Positions 28,891 to 38,504 of a stretch of 39,712 bases of DNA are shown here, piece by piece. Position numbers and translations under genes: made by a program. The DNA is from Pseudomonadota bacterium (GTDB lineage: Bacteria; Bdellovibrionota_F; JAHFAK01; JBDREC01). Position 1 is the stretch's first letter. Each line of letters opens with the position of its first letter. Under the pieces are notes generated by a model. That model ran no database searches, was not told the DNA's origin, and worked only from the letters and a program-made list of their open reading frames with translations. Where the stretch lies: positions 1 through 39,712 of the forward strand of contig JBDREC010000083.1 of the NCBI GenBank assembly GCA_043820105.1, read 5' to 3'.

Positions 28891-29097
28891 TTGAATAAAA
28901 TATTTATTTTTTTAATTAGAGGTTATCAGAAACTAATTTCTCCTTTATTTGGAAAAAAATGCAGATTTTATCCAAGTTGTTCTGAATATGCCCTTAAATC
29001 TTTTCAAAAAAAGCCATTTCATATTGCCCTTTTTAAAACTATCTATCGAATTTTAAGGTGTAATCCCTGGAATGATGGTGGTGTGGATTTGCCTTAG
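28891..29097 (+). CDS. yidD: membrane protein insertion efficiency factor
   Basis: YQKLISP..CRFYPSCSEY..RILRCNPW..GGVD. Confidence 0.95.
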   Translation: MNKIFIFLIRGYQKLISPLFGKKCRFYPSCSEYALKSFQKKPFHIALFKTIYRILRCNPWNDGGVDLP

Positions 29098-29135
29098 CAA
29101 TCTGGCAAATTAGAATTGGTTATTTATCAATAAAA

Positions 29136-29220
29136 TTAATTATTAATTGTTAATTATTGGTTATTTTAGAAGCCGTTCTTTTGAATAATTAATAATTAAC
29201 AATTAATAAATAATAATTAA
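29136..29220. repeat. inverted pair of 7-nt arrays (TTAATTR / YAATTAA) between yidD and yidC
   Basis: ttaatta ttaattg ttaatta ttggtta .. agaa-gccg-ttct .. taattaa taattaa caattaa taaataa taattaa. Confidence 0.7.
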
Positions 29221-29241
29221 TGACTTTTTAAGGATACCATA

Positions 29242-30924
29242 ATGGACATTGAAAAAAGAATGTTTTTGGCTATTGCTGTTTGTATTTTAATTTGGATAGC
29301 TTTTTCACCTAAAGCAGTGAAAAAAGCTGATAAGCCTGGTGCTAAAGTTGTAGCAGAGCAGAGCCAGGTTGACAATAGCGCAGAGGGACAGGAGCGCAAG
29401 AGCTCAGGGGAACAGGGGAACAAGGAACCAAGTGAACGAGGTAACAAGGCAGAAGAGACTGGAACTCAGAATCTAGAAACTAGGATTATTGAAGAGGTTT
29501 CAGTAAAAGAAAGCTTGCAAACTCTGGAAAATGATCTTTTTAAGATTAGTGTTTTAAATAAAGAGGGGCTTATAAAATCAATTAAACTTAAAAACTATAA
29601 AAGCCAAATTAATAAAAGTTCCTCAAGTGTAGAAATGGTTGGCTTTGATTCTTCACAGTATTATATGCCTTTTTGGAACATTCAGTTAGCCGGGGATGAT
29701 GAAGTTTTAAAATTAACTTATGATTTTGAAAAATCTGAAAAAAATGAAATTATTTTAAAATCTCTTCCAAATCCTTACTTCATAGTAAGCAAAAAATATA
29801 AGGTGGATGAAAATTCTTATGTAATTGAAACATCAATGGATATTGAAAATATTTCTGAAAGTAATATTAATTTTTCAACCATAATAAAAATTCCTCAAAA
29901 CATTCCTGAAGATGAAAAAACTTCTGGGTTTTTATCTTTTGCAACACGTCCTAACATGCAAGTCGGAATGGTAGATATTTTAGGGAAAGTTCAGCGAGAA
30001 ACTCTTTCTTCAATGAAAGAAAATGAAAGCAAAAACTTTGATGGAAGCTTTATCTGGGCAGGTCTTGGTGATAAATATTTTGCAAATCTTGTTCTTCCTT
30101 TAAAGACTGAATTAAAAAGCACCGTTTTTTCGAAAGAATCGAAAGATCTTGCACTGTTCAAAGCTACTCACGCTAATAAAAAACTAGAACCCGGAGAAAA
30201 AACACAAATTGCTTTTAGATTATTCTCAGGCCCCCTTGAAATTGATGTTCTTCAAAATACAGAAAAAGAGCTAGGCAAGGCTATTGATCTTGGAAACTGG
30301 CTTGGACCAATTGCCAGACCAATGTTGAAGTTGATGAAATTTATTCATAATTATATTCCAAATTATGGTATAGCTATCATTATCCTAACAATCCTGGTCA
30401 AATTACTTTTATTTCCTTTAAATCAAAAACAGTATAAATCAATGAAAGCTATGCAATTGCTTCAACCCAAAATAGCTGAACTAAAAGAAAAATTTAAAGA
30501 TAATAAAGAAAAATTAAATATGGAAACCATGAACCTTTTCAAGCAGCACAAGGTTAACCCAATGGGAGGATGCCTTCCAATGCTCTTTCAGTTTCCAATA
30601 TTTATAGCCCTTTACAGAGTCTTATATAACTCAATTGAACTGAGACATGCCCCTTTCATGGGCTGGATAAAAGATTTGTCAGCTCCTGATCCTCTTTATA
30701 TTTCACCAGTAATTATGGGTATTACAATGTTTTTACAACAACAAATGACTCCAACAACAACAATGGATCCAGCCCAGGCAAAAATGATGAAAATAATTCC
30801 ACTTGTTTTTGCTTTATTTATGATCATGTTGCCTTCTGGGCTAGTTATTTATATTTTTATAAACTCTCTACTATCCATCCTGCAACAATGGTTAATTACC
30901 AGAAAAAAGGATGTCAAAATTTAA
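29242..30924 (+). CDS. yidC: membrane protein insertase YidC
   Basis: NYGIAIIILTILVKLLLFPL, MQLLQPKI, NPMGGCLP, WIKDLSAPDP; periplasmic domain. Confidence 0.97.
   Translation: MDIEKRMFLAIAVCILIWIAFSPKAVKKADKPGAKVVAEQSQVDNSAEGQERKSSGEQGNKEPSERGNKAEETGTQNLETRIIEEVSVKESLQTLENDLFKISVLNKEGLIKSIKLKNYKSQINKSSSSVEMVGFDSSQYYMPFWNIQLAGDDEVLKLTYDFEKSEKNEIILKSLPNPYFIVSKKYKVDENSYVIETSMDIENISESNINFSTIIKIPQNIPEDEKTSGFLSFATRPNMQVGMVDILGKVQRETLSSMKENESKNFDGSFIWAGLGDKYFANLVLPLKTELKSTVFSKESKDLALFKATHANKKLEPGEKTQIAFRLFSGPLEIDVLQNTEKELGKAIDLGNWLGPIARPMLKLMKFIHNYIPNYGIAIIILTILVKLLLFPLNQKQYKSMKAMQLLQPKIAELKEKFKDNKEKLNMETMNLFKQHKVNPMGGCLPMLFQFPIFIALYRVLYNSIELRHAPFMGWIKDLSAPDPLYISPVIMGITMFLQQQMTPTTTMDPAQAKMMKIIPLVFALFMIMLPSGLVIYIFINSLLSILQQWLITRKKDVKI
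29374..29445 (+). repeat. 8-nt tandem array (ARGRGAAC family, 9 units) in frame inside yidC
   Basis: aatagcgc agagggac aggagcgc aagagctc aggggaac aggggaac aaggaacc aagtgaac gaggtaac. Confidence 0.7.
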
Positions 30925-30958
30925 ACATAACATTTTTAAATAGATGAAAGGACAAATA

Positions 30959-31765
30959 ATGTCAGAAAAAATTTATGAAGGTGAAACCTTAAAAGAAGCC
31001 ACACAAAAAGCTTGTGAAGATTTAAGGGTATCAGAAGAAATGTTAGAAGTAAAAGTATTAGAAAAACCAGCTGGCTTATTGATGAATTTATTACGATCTG
31101 GAACTTATAAGATTTCTGCTGAAGTTAAAGAAGGGGGCAAGAACGCAAGGGAACAAGAGAACAAGGGGGAAGAAGATGAAGAAAGTATTGGGAATTTGAA
31201 AGAAGAATATAGGAACCCTAGAGGAAATGATGACAAAGGGGAAAAACAAGGAAGAATTTACAAAGTGGTTTCTTATACAGCGGATGAAATTAAAACAACC
31301 ATAATGAGCATAATTAAACACATTGATTCTGATGCTCAGATTGAAACTCAAACAAGAGATGATGAAATGCATTTTAATATAGTGAGTGAAAAAAGCTCTA
31401 TCCTTATTGGAAAAAATGGCGAAACATTATCCGCGCTTCAATACCTTGTTATAAAGATGCTAACAAATAATTCAAGCCTGGAAAAGAAAATTGAAATTGA
31501 TGTTGAGGGTTATAAAAAAAGAAAAAGAAGAAAAATGATAGATATGGCAAAAAGGGTTTGTGATGATGTAAGACAAATGAAAAAACCTATAAGCCTTGAC
31601 CCAATGCCATCTCATGAAAGATGGATAATTCACAATGAACTTACATCTGAAAGAGGTGTTGTAACTAAAAGTTTTGGTGAAGGTAGAGACAGAAGGGTAG
31701 TAATTATCCCTGATAAATTTAAGAACATGGAAGAAAAGCTTTTGGTTAAGTATTTTAAACCCTAA
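30959..31765 (+). CDS. jag: Jag/EloR (KhpB) RNA-binding protein
   Basis: Jag_N domain, KH (LIGKNGETLSALQYL), R3H (PMPSHERWIIH); ATG 30959 follows AAGGA. Confidence 0.92.
   Translation: MSEKIYEGETLKEATQKACEDLRVSEEMLEVKVLEKPAGLLMNLLRSGTYKISAEVKEGGKNAREQENKGEEDEESIGNLKEEYRNPRGNDDKGEKQGRIYKVVSYTADEIKTTIMSIIKHIDSDAQIETQTRDDEMHFNIVSEKSSILIGKNGETLSALQYLVIKMLTNNSSLEKKIEIDVEGYKKRKRRKMIDMAKRVCDDVRQMKKPISLDPMPSHERWIIHNELTSERGVVTKSFGEGRDRRVVIIPDKFKNMEEKLLVKYFKP
31131..31170 (+). repeat. 8-nt tandem array (ARGRGAAC family, 5 units) inside the jag linker
   Basis: aagggggc aagaacgc aagggaac aagagaac aaggggga. Confidence 0.7.
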
Positions 31766-31766
31766 C

Positions 31767-31848
31767 ATTGGAAATTGAGAATTGATTATTGAAAATTATA
31801 AACAGTTTAAAATAATCAATAGTCAACAATCAATTTTCAATAATTAAT
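31767..31848. repeat. inverted pair of 7-nt arrays (ATTGRNN / NNTCAAT) between jag and mnmE
   Basis: attggaa attgaga attgatt attgaaa ... aatcaat agtcaac aatcaat tttcaat aattaat. Confidence 0.7.
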
Positions 31849-31861
31849 TGTCAGAAAAAAC

Positions 31862-33214
31862 ATGAACTCAACAATTTGCGCTATATCAACTCCTCCAGGA
31901 AACTCAGGCATTGGAATCGTACGCCTTTCAGGAAGCAAGTCTTTTGATATTGCAAAAATTCTAATTGAAAAACCAGCCAATTTTAATACTTTTGAACCAT
32001 GGAAATTAAATAGAATTAAATTAATAGATAGTGACTCCTCGATAATTGATGACGCGCTTGCAGTTAAAATGAAGGCACCCAATTCCTACACCGGTGAAGA
32101 CATGGTTGAATTTCAATGTCATGGCAATTTTGAAATTCTTAAAAAAGTCATTTCTCTTTCCAAAGAACATGGAGCTGTTTTAGCCGAACCTGGTGAGTTT
32201 ACAAAACGTGCTTTTCTAAATGGTAAAATAGATCTTGTCCAGGCTGAATCTGTAGCTTTATTAATTGATGCAAAGTCTGAACGTGCCTTAAAAGATGCCA
32301 ATAAAATGCTTGAAGGGTTTTTATCAAAACAGATAAATAAAATTCTTGATGAATTAATAACTATTCAAGCCAGCCTAGAAGCTAACATTGATTTTCCTGA
32401 AGATGAGAATGACTATGATAACTCTGCAGAGATCAGAGATAAATTGAGTCTATGCTTTAGTAAATTTATAGAAATTCAAAGATGGTTAAAAACCGAAAGA
32501 CCTTATTTAGAAAACTTATTAATCTCAATTGTAGGTGATGCAAACTCAGGAAAATCAACCCTTTTCAATCAAATCCTTGAAAAGCAAAGGGCCATTGTTA
32601 CCAAATACCCAGGCACAACAAGAGATGTGGTTTCAGAAAAAGTTCTTATTTATGGATTAAATATTGAATTTCGTGATACAGCTGGAATTAGAAATAGCCA
32701 AGATCCAATTGAGAAACTTGGCATTGAAAAATCTGAAGACGCAATTACACAATCAGATTTAATCTTATTTGTCATTGATGCAAGCCAGGAAATGAGCAAA
32801 GACCAACTCTTGCTTTATGAAAAAATAAAGAATCTTTTGCATATAAAAATTTACAATAAAAAAGATCTGCTAACTAAAGATAAAATAAAAAAGGACCGAT
32901 TATATATATCAGCCTTAAATGGTGATGGAATAGAAAATCTTAAAAATTTAATTAAAGAAAAATTTTTAAATCTTTCTGGATTTGGAGATGAAAACAAATA
33001 TTCAGCCACTGAAAGACAAACTCAAGCTATGAACAAAGCTTTTTTGCATTTTGAAAAGGCAATATTTTATGCAAGCCAAGAAGATAATTTTCCAGGAGAG
33101 CTCGTTTCAGCTGAAATATTTGATGTTCGTTCTGAACTTGAAAAGCTAGTTGGTAAAAAATATTCAGAAGATTTACTTGATAGAATTTTTGAAAACTTTT
33201 GTATAGGCAAATGA
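31862..33214 (+). CDS. mnmE: tRNA modification GTPase MnmE
   Basis: [46 protein letters not shown]. Confidence 0.97.
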   Translation: MNSTICAISTPPGNSGIGIVRLSGSKSFDIAKILIEKPANFNTFEPWKLNRIKLIDSDSSIIDDALAVKMKAPNSYTGEDMVEFQCHGNFEILKKVISLSKEHGAVLAEPGEFTKRAFLNGKIDLVQAESVALLIDAKSERALKDANKMLEGFLSKQINKILDELITIQASLEANIDFPEDENDYDNSAEIRDKLSLCFSKFIEIQRWLKTERPYLENLLISIVGDANSGKSTLFNQILEKQRAIVTKYPGTTRDVVSEKVLIYGLNIEFRDTAGIRNSQDPIEKLGIEKSEDAITQSDLILFVIDASQEMSKDQLLLYEKIKNLLHIKIYNKKDLLTKDKIKKDRLYISALNGDGIENLKNLIKEKFLNLSGFGDENKYSATERQTQAMNKAFLHFEKAIFYASQEDNFPGELVSAEIFDVRSELEKLVGKKYSEDLLDRIFENFCIGK

Positions 33215-35097
33215 AAAATAACTTTGATATAATAATTGTTGGAGGCGGCCACGCTGGAATTGAAGCTGCCTTTGCTGCAGCAAAAATGGGTTTTGATACA
33301 GCACTTGTATCATTATCTCTTGATAAACTAGGAGAAATGCCTTGTAATCCTGCGGTTGGTGGTTTAGCTAAAAGCCATTTAGTAAAAGAAATCGATGCTC
33401 TCGGTGGTTTAATTGGAAAAGTAACAGATCGATGTGGAATACAGTTTAGAACTTTGAATACCAAGAAAGGACCTGCTGTTTGGGCAACACGTGCTCAAGT
33501 TGATAGATTTTTATACCCAAAAATAATGAAAGATTATCTTGAAAAACAAGACCGTCTTTTCTTATTTGAAGATGAAGTTGCTGAAATTTTTATATCAAAC
33601 AACAAAATAAGTTCTATAAGTTTAATAAACAATAACTGCCAATTATTGTGTAAAAAACTTATTTTAACAACAGGCACTTTTTTAAGAGGCCTTACGCACA
33701 TCGGCCTGGATTCAAAAGAAGAGGGACGTTTTGGAGAAAAGCCTGCAAATTATTTATCAGAATCACTAGATAGACTTGGAATAAAGCTAGGCAGGCTGAA
33801 AACAGGCACTGTCCCAAGGCTTGATAAAGATACTATTGATTATTCAAAATTTGTTGAACAAAAAAGCGATGATCCTGCTCCAATGTTTACAAACCTTTTT
33901 AATGGACCTTGCCTTGATCAAGTTTCATGTTTTCAAGGTTATACTAATAAAAAAACCCATGAACATATTCTAACAGGCTTTGAAAAATCTCCTCTTTTCC
34001 AAGGAATAATCAAGGGAATTGGACCACGATATTGCCCATCCATAGAAGACAAAATCCATAGGTTTCCTGAAAGAGAAAGACATCAAATTTTTGTTGAACC
34101 AGAGGGGCTTGACTCTCAGTTTATTTATTTAAATGGTGTTTCTACAAGCCTTGCAAAAGAAACCCAAGAACTAATGATAAAGTCAATTACAGGTCTTGAA
34201 GATGCTAAAATTTTAAGATATGGCTATGCTGTTGAATATGACTATATAAATCCAATAAATTTAAAACCAAGTCTTGAATATAAAAAAATAGAGGGCCTTT
34301 ATTTTGCAGGACAAATAAATGGAACTTCCGGTTATGAAGAAGCCGCGGCCCAAGGTCTTATGGCCGGCATAAACGCTGCATGCAGTTTGCTAGGCGAGGA
34401 AGCCTTTATATTAAAACGATCTGAATCATATATTGGAGTTTTAATAGATGATCTTGTTACAAAAGGAACGAGTGAACCTTATCGAATGTTTACCTCTCGT
34501 GCTGAATACAGGCTTTTATTAAGAGAAGACAATGCTTTTGACCGTCTCGCCAAATATGGAGATAAGCATAAACTCCTTGAAGCCTCCAGATATAAAGACT
34601 ATTTGAATAATAAAAACAAAATTGAATCTGTTATTGAGATTCTAAAAAAGGAAAAAATAAATCCAAATAAAGAGCTTCAAGAAAAGCTTTTAAAGCTTGG
34701 AATTCAAGACTTCAATAGACAAGTTTCATTATATGATTTTTTAAAAAGACCTGAAGTTACATATGAACTACTTTTAAATATTTCAGACCAAATTCCCAAG
34801 ATAACTGGCATTGTTAAAAAGAAGGTGGAAATAATTTCTAAATATGAAGGCTATATAAAAAGGCAATTTGAACAAGTAAAATCATTTGAAAAGCTTGAAC
34901 AAATAAAAATTCCTGATAATTTTGTTTATGATCAATTACCTGGTCTATCATCGGAAATTCAAATTAAATTAAATGAGGTCAGACCTGATAATTTGGGTCA
35001 AGCTTCCAGAATACCAGGAGTGACACCTGGAGCGATTTCGGTCTTGATGGTTTATATTAAGAGAACAAGAGAACAGGAGAACAAGAGAACATGGTAA
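33211..35097 (+). CDS. mnmG: tRNA uridine-5-carboxymethylaminomethyl modification enzyme MnmG
   Basis: [53 protein letters not shown] 33211 overlaps the mnmE stop. Confidence 0.97.
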   Translation: MKNNFDIIIVGGGHAGIEAAFAAAKMGFDTALVSLSLDKLGEMPCNPAVGGLAKSHLVKEIDALGGLIGKVTDRCGIQFRTLNTKKGPAVWATRAQVDRFLYPKIMKDYLEKQDRLFLFEDEVAEIFISNNKISSISLINNNCQLLCKKLILTTGTFLRGLTHIGLDSKEEGRFGEKPANYLSESLDRLGIKLGRLKTGTVPRLDKDTIDYSKFVEQKSDDPAPMFTNLFNGPCLDQVSCFQGYTNKKTHEHILTGFEKSPLFQGIIKGIGPRYCPSIEDKIHRFPERERHQIFVEPEGLDSQFIYLNGVSTSLAKETQELMIKSITGLEDAKILRYGYAVEYDYINPINLKPSLEYKKIEGLYFAGQINGTSGYEEAAAQGLMAGINAACSLLGEEAFILKRSESYIGVLIDDLVTKGTSEPYRMFTSRAEYRLLLREDNAFDRLAKYGDKHKLLEASRYKDYLNNKNKIESVIEILKKEKINPNKELQEKLLKLGIQDFNRQVSLYDFLKRPEVTYELLLNISDQIPKITGIVKKKVEIISKYEGYIKRQFEQVKSFEKLEQIKIPDNFVYDQLPGLSSEIQIKLNEVRPDNLGQASRIPGVTPGAISVLMVYIKRTREQENKRTW

Positions 35098-35152
35098 TAA
35101 TTAATTTGCCGCGTATTTTTGTTCCCTTGTTCTCCTGCTCCCTTGTTCCCCT
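35059..35152. repeat. inverted pair of 8-nt arrays (4+4 units) across the mnmG 3' end and tlyA leader
   Basis: aagagaac aagagaac aggagaac aagagaac ... gttccctt gttctcct gctccctt gttcccct. Confidence 0.85.
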
Positions 35153-35162
35153 GGAGTAGTTT

Positions 35163-35897
35163 ATCAAGAAAGAAATCACAAACATCCTCATTCAAAGAGG
35201 CCTTGCAATAGATGAAATTCATGCTCGTAAACTAATCATGGCTGGCCTTGTTTACCTAAAAGACAGAAGAATCGAAAAGGCATCTGAAAAAATCGATTGC
35301 TTATCTGAAATATTTATAAAAGAAAAAAACAAATATGTATCTCGAGGAGGCCTAAAGCTAGAGGGTATAATGCAGGATGCTTCTATAAACCCCAAAGGCT
35401 CAATTTGCCTGGACATTGGGGCATCAACCGGAGGCTTTACTGATTATTTAATCAAAAACAATGCCCAAAAAGTTATTGCCCTTGATGTTGGACATGGGCT
35501 TATAGACCAAGGCTTGAGAAATAATTCTAAAGTTGTATTAATTGAAAAAACTAATTTTAAAAACATTAATTTTAACCAAATAGGTCAGAAGTTCGACCTA
35601 ATAACAATAGATGTTTCTTTTATTTCATTAAAAAATATTCTTCCAAAAACAAAGCTTTTTGTAAAACCAGGAGGAAAAATTATCGCTTTATTAAAACCTC
35701 AATTTGAACTGCCATCTAAAGATGTGCCAAAAGGAATTGTAAAAGATATTAAACTTATTGAAATTTTGAAATTGAATTTTTCTGAATTTATTACTTCTCT
35801 AAACTTAAACTTGCTTGGATTTTATGATTCAAAATTAAAAGGAACAAAAGGAAATCAGGAATATTTTTTAGTAATCGAGGCACCATGGTGCACATGA
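35163..35897 (+). CDS. tlyA: TlyA-family rRNA 2'-O-methyltransferase (S4 + FtsJ)
   Basis: YVSRGGLKL, LDIGASTGGFTD, ALDVG, IDVSFISL, LKPQFE, GTKGNQEY. Homology extends upstream of ATG 35238 to ATC 35163. Confidence 0.9.
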   Translation: MKKEITNILIQRGLAIDEIHARKLIMAGLVYLKDRRIEKASEKIDCLSEIFIKEKNKYVSRGGLKLEGIMQDASINPKGSICLDIGASTGGFTDYLIKNNAQKVIALDVGHGLIDQGLRNNSKVVLIEKTNFKNINFNQIGQKFDLITIDVSFISLKNILPKTKLFVKPGGKIIALLKPQFELPSKDVPKGIVKDIKLIEILKLNFSEFITSLNLNLLGFYDSKLKGTKGNQEYFLVIEAPWCT

Positions 35898-35938
35898 TGC
35901 CCCAATAGCTTTTTTAATAAATCCTCCTTAAGGATTTC

Positions 35939-37390
35939 TTATTCAACCCTCTTCACTAGCCAAAAACCCTGAGGATTAGTTATATTGCCTTTTTGCTTAT
36001 AATCTAAAATCCCTATTTCACCTGGTTTTGTCAATGAAAAGACAAAGTCAGAAAGTCCATCAATTACTTCAGCAGAATAAGCCACATTTCCATCTAAGTA
36101 ACTCATTCTTATAATATCATTCCTGGATTCAGGAGTAATGTCAAAATTACTAAGAGCAATATAATCTCTATTTTGATAATCCGAGAAATTATTTGTTAAA
36201 AACCCAAAGTCTTCTCCTGAATAAGCCCTATCTAACACTTCCAAGATAAAAGTATGAGCGTCTTCATAAGTCCTGGTATTTGTTTCACCAATCAAGGCAT
36301 CCTTAAAGCCAATTAATATAGCCTGAAAAACAACTCTTGTAGGCACATTATATTTTGCATATAAACGTCTAATGCCATCTTCATCAATCAAACAGGCCGA
36401 CACGTGATCACCAAATACTGGCAATAAAACCTCTTCAACAAACTGCCTCTTTAAATCAGTTCTAATATAATCCCGATATTGACTGATAGTTCCCAAATAA
36501 ATCTGAAAATCTGGATCTGTCCATCCCCTTTTTTCAAAGGACTCTTGATTTATCCAACCTCTTCTTGCAAATTCTTCAGCCCAAAAAACACCATCTCTAC
36601 CAATGTTTAAAACATAGGCTTGAAATTCATTAATCAAAAGTTCATAATCTGTATCAACAGGATAAAAGGCAGCTAAAAATCTTTTCTCAAACCATTCTGC
36701 AACTACCGGATTTGAAATTTTATAAGCTTTCCAAAAACTATCTACTGCTTTATAATATTCTTCATTAGAAAAGAAAAATCCATGCTTTGATTCGTGAGAA
36801 ACTTGGGTTACTCTCCTCCACACTCTCCATGAAAGGGATTCTTCAGGACGATCATTTTCAAGTTTTTTTCTTAGAACTTGATCAGTTGAAATAATAGCAA
36901 TATTATCTTTATTAAGATTTATCCCATATCCGATAATTTTATCATCAAAATAAGTTTCATGAACAAGCTTCAGGCTCATTAGTTCATCAATAAGCATTTT
37001 TTCTTCTACAAAAAAATCAAATTCGCCAGCATGCAAAACAGCATTAAAAAAATTTACCAGCTTGGCTACAGAATAATCATGTCCGTCAATATAACCACAG
37101 GCGTTTTTATTGGTTTTAGACATCAAGAAATCTTCAGTTACCAAACCATTATTAGTTTCTAAATAATGATACGCTCTTTCAAACATTTTAACTTTTGTTA
37201 GGCAGTTATTAAAATCAAAAAAGATAATATCAAAGCCCTTAATTGAAGTTAAATTATAGTTATCGCTATCCTCAATAAAATCATGATTAAGCAAGTCTGA
37301 TAAGGCCTTGTATTTTGTTATGTTTTTTGCAAATAAAGAAGAAAAGAGAAACATTAAGATAATAATTAAAATGACTAAAAGTCTCTTCAT
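35939..37390 (-). CDS. secreted protein with HExxH motif and C-terminal parvulin (PpiC)-like domain
   Basis: Signal peptide; SHESKH..NEFQAY; EVLDRAYSGEDFGFLTNNFSD..FVFSLTKPGEIG..NPQGFWLVKRVE. Confidence 0.6.
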   Translation of the reverse strand: MKRLLVILIIILMFLFSSLFAKNITKYKALSDLLNHDFIEDSDNYNLTSIKGFDIIFFDFNNCLTKVKMFERAYHYLETNNGLVTEDFLMSKTNKNACGYIDGHDYSVAKLVNFFNAVLHAGEFDFFVEEKMLIDELMSLKLVHETYFDDKIIGYGINLNKDNIAIISTDQVLRKKLENDRPEESLSWRVWRRVTQVSHESKHGFFFSNEEYYKAVDSFWKAYKISNPVVAEWFEKRFLAAFYPVDTDYELLINEFQAYVLNIGRDGVFWAEEFARRGWINQESFEKRGWTDPDFQIYLGTISQYRDYIRTDLKRQFVEEVLLPVFGDHVSACLIDEDGIRRLYAKYNVPTRVVFQAILIGFKDALIGETNTRTYEDAHTFILEVLDRAYSGEDFGFLTNNFSDYQNRDYIALSNFDITPESRNDIIRMSYLDGNVAYSAEVIDGLSDFVFSLTKPGEIGILDYKQKGNITNPQGFWLVKRVE

Positions 37391-37425
37391 TACTACACTC
37401 CAGAGCTATATTTTACAAGAATGAA

Positions 37426-37454
37426 CTTATACACCCTTGCACGCGCCGTGTCAA
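37426..37454 (-). promoter_or_regulatory. sigma70-type promoter
   Basis: Minus strand TTGACA-N17-TATAAG upstream of the GGAG SD and ATG 37390. Confidence 0.6.
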
Positions 37455-37466
37455 ATGTTTTTTTCC

Positions 37467-37508
37467 CCTCTTCTGTCTTCGTGCTTCAACATTTTGTCTT
37501 CAGGCTTC
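37467..37508. repeat. degenerate 7-nt array (NNNCTTC)
   Basis: cctcttc tgtcttc gtgcttc aacattt tgtcttc aggcttc. Confidence 0.4.
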
Positions 37509-37585
37509 ACGAATTTAAAATTTGCATTAGCTCTTTTTTTTTATTAGTTTATTCTCACTTTTTTAATTAATTAGGTTAATAACAA

Positions 37586-38503
37586 ATGGATAGAAGAAAA
37601 TTTTTTAAACTTTCTGGTTGTATTGCCTCAAGCTCCTTATTGGGTAGTTGTGGAAAAGAATGGGAGAATTCAAAGCAAATTACAAAAAACAGAAAAGAAC
37701 CTGGCAAGAATTATAACGCTAAACTTATTGATACTGTCAGGTGTGTTGGATGTAGATCATGCGAAGAAGCATGCAATGCTGAAAACAACTTACCCAAGCC
37801 AGAAAAACCCTTTGATGATGAATCAGTATTTGAAAACTATAGGCGCCTTAATGCTGAAAGATACACGGTTGTAAATAGCTTTAATGATGAAAATGCTGAC
37901 GCCGGTCGTTATACAGTTAAAATTTCATGCAACCATTGCACTACGCCTGCTTGCGCATCAGCATGTATAGTAAATGCATTATACAAAGATAAAAGTGGTG
38001 CAGTAGCATATGATCCTTGGAAATGCATAGGTTGCCGATATTGTCAAATCGCATGCCCGTTTCAAATACCAGCTTATGAATTTTCAAATCCATTAACTCC
38101 AAAAGTTAAAAAATGCACCTTATGTTATCCAAGAACAAGACAAGCTGGTGAAATTCCGGCATGTGCCGAAGCATGTCCAGCTGAAGCAATAAAATATGGT
38201 CCAAGAGCAGAACTATTAATTGAGGCAAAACAAAGAATAAAAGATGAACCAGAGCTATATATAAATTATGTTTATGGTGAAAAAGAAGTTGGGGGAACAT
38301 CCGTCTTATACTTAGCAGGCACTGAATTTAAAAATTTAAAGTTCCCTGCTTTTGGAAATACTCCAATTCCAGAGCTTACTGAAAAAATACAACATGGTAT
38401 TTTTAAATTTTTTGTTCCACCAGCTGCGTTATTCGCGACCTTGGGCGCAATAATGTTATTTACAAAAAAGAAAAATGATAAAAAAAACAATGAGGAAGAC
38501 TAA
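37586..38503 (+). CDS. HybA/HmcB-like 4x[4Fe-4S] ferredoxin with Tat signal and C-terminal TM helix
   Basis: MDRRKFFK; CVGCRSCEEAC, CNHCTTPACASAC, CIGCRYCQIACP, KCTLC..PACAEACP. Confidence 0.9.
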   Translation: MDRRKFFKLSGCIASSSLLGSCGKEWENSKQITKNRKEPGKNYNAKLIDTVRCVGCRSCEEACNAENNLPKPEKPFDDESVFENYRRLNAERYTVVNSFNDENADAGRYTVKISCNHCTTPACASACIVNALYKDKSGAVAYDPWKCIGCRYCQIACPFQIPAYEFSNPLTPKVKKCTLCYPRTRQAGEIPACAEACPAEAIKYGPRAELLIEAKQRIKDEPELYINYVYGEKEVGGTSVLYLAGTEFKNLKFPAFGNTPIPELTEKIQHGIFKFFVPPAALFATLGAIMLFTKKKNDKKNNEED

Positions 38504-38504
38504 T

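Noticed and set aside
13077-35152. Tandem arrays as CRISPR or IS ends
   Set aside because: Units are 6-8 nt with no unique spacers, and there is no cas gene or transposase in the window.
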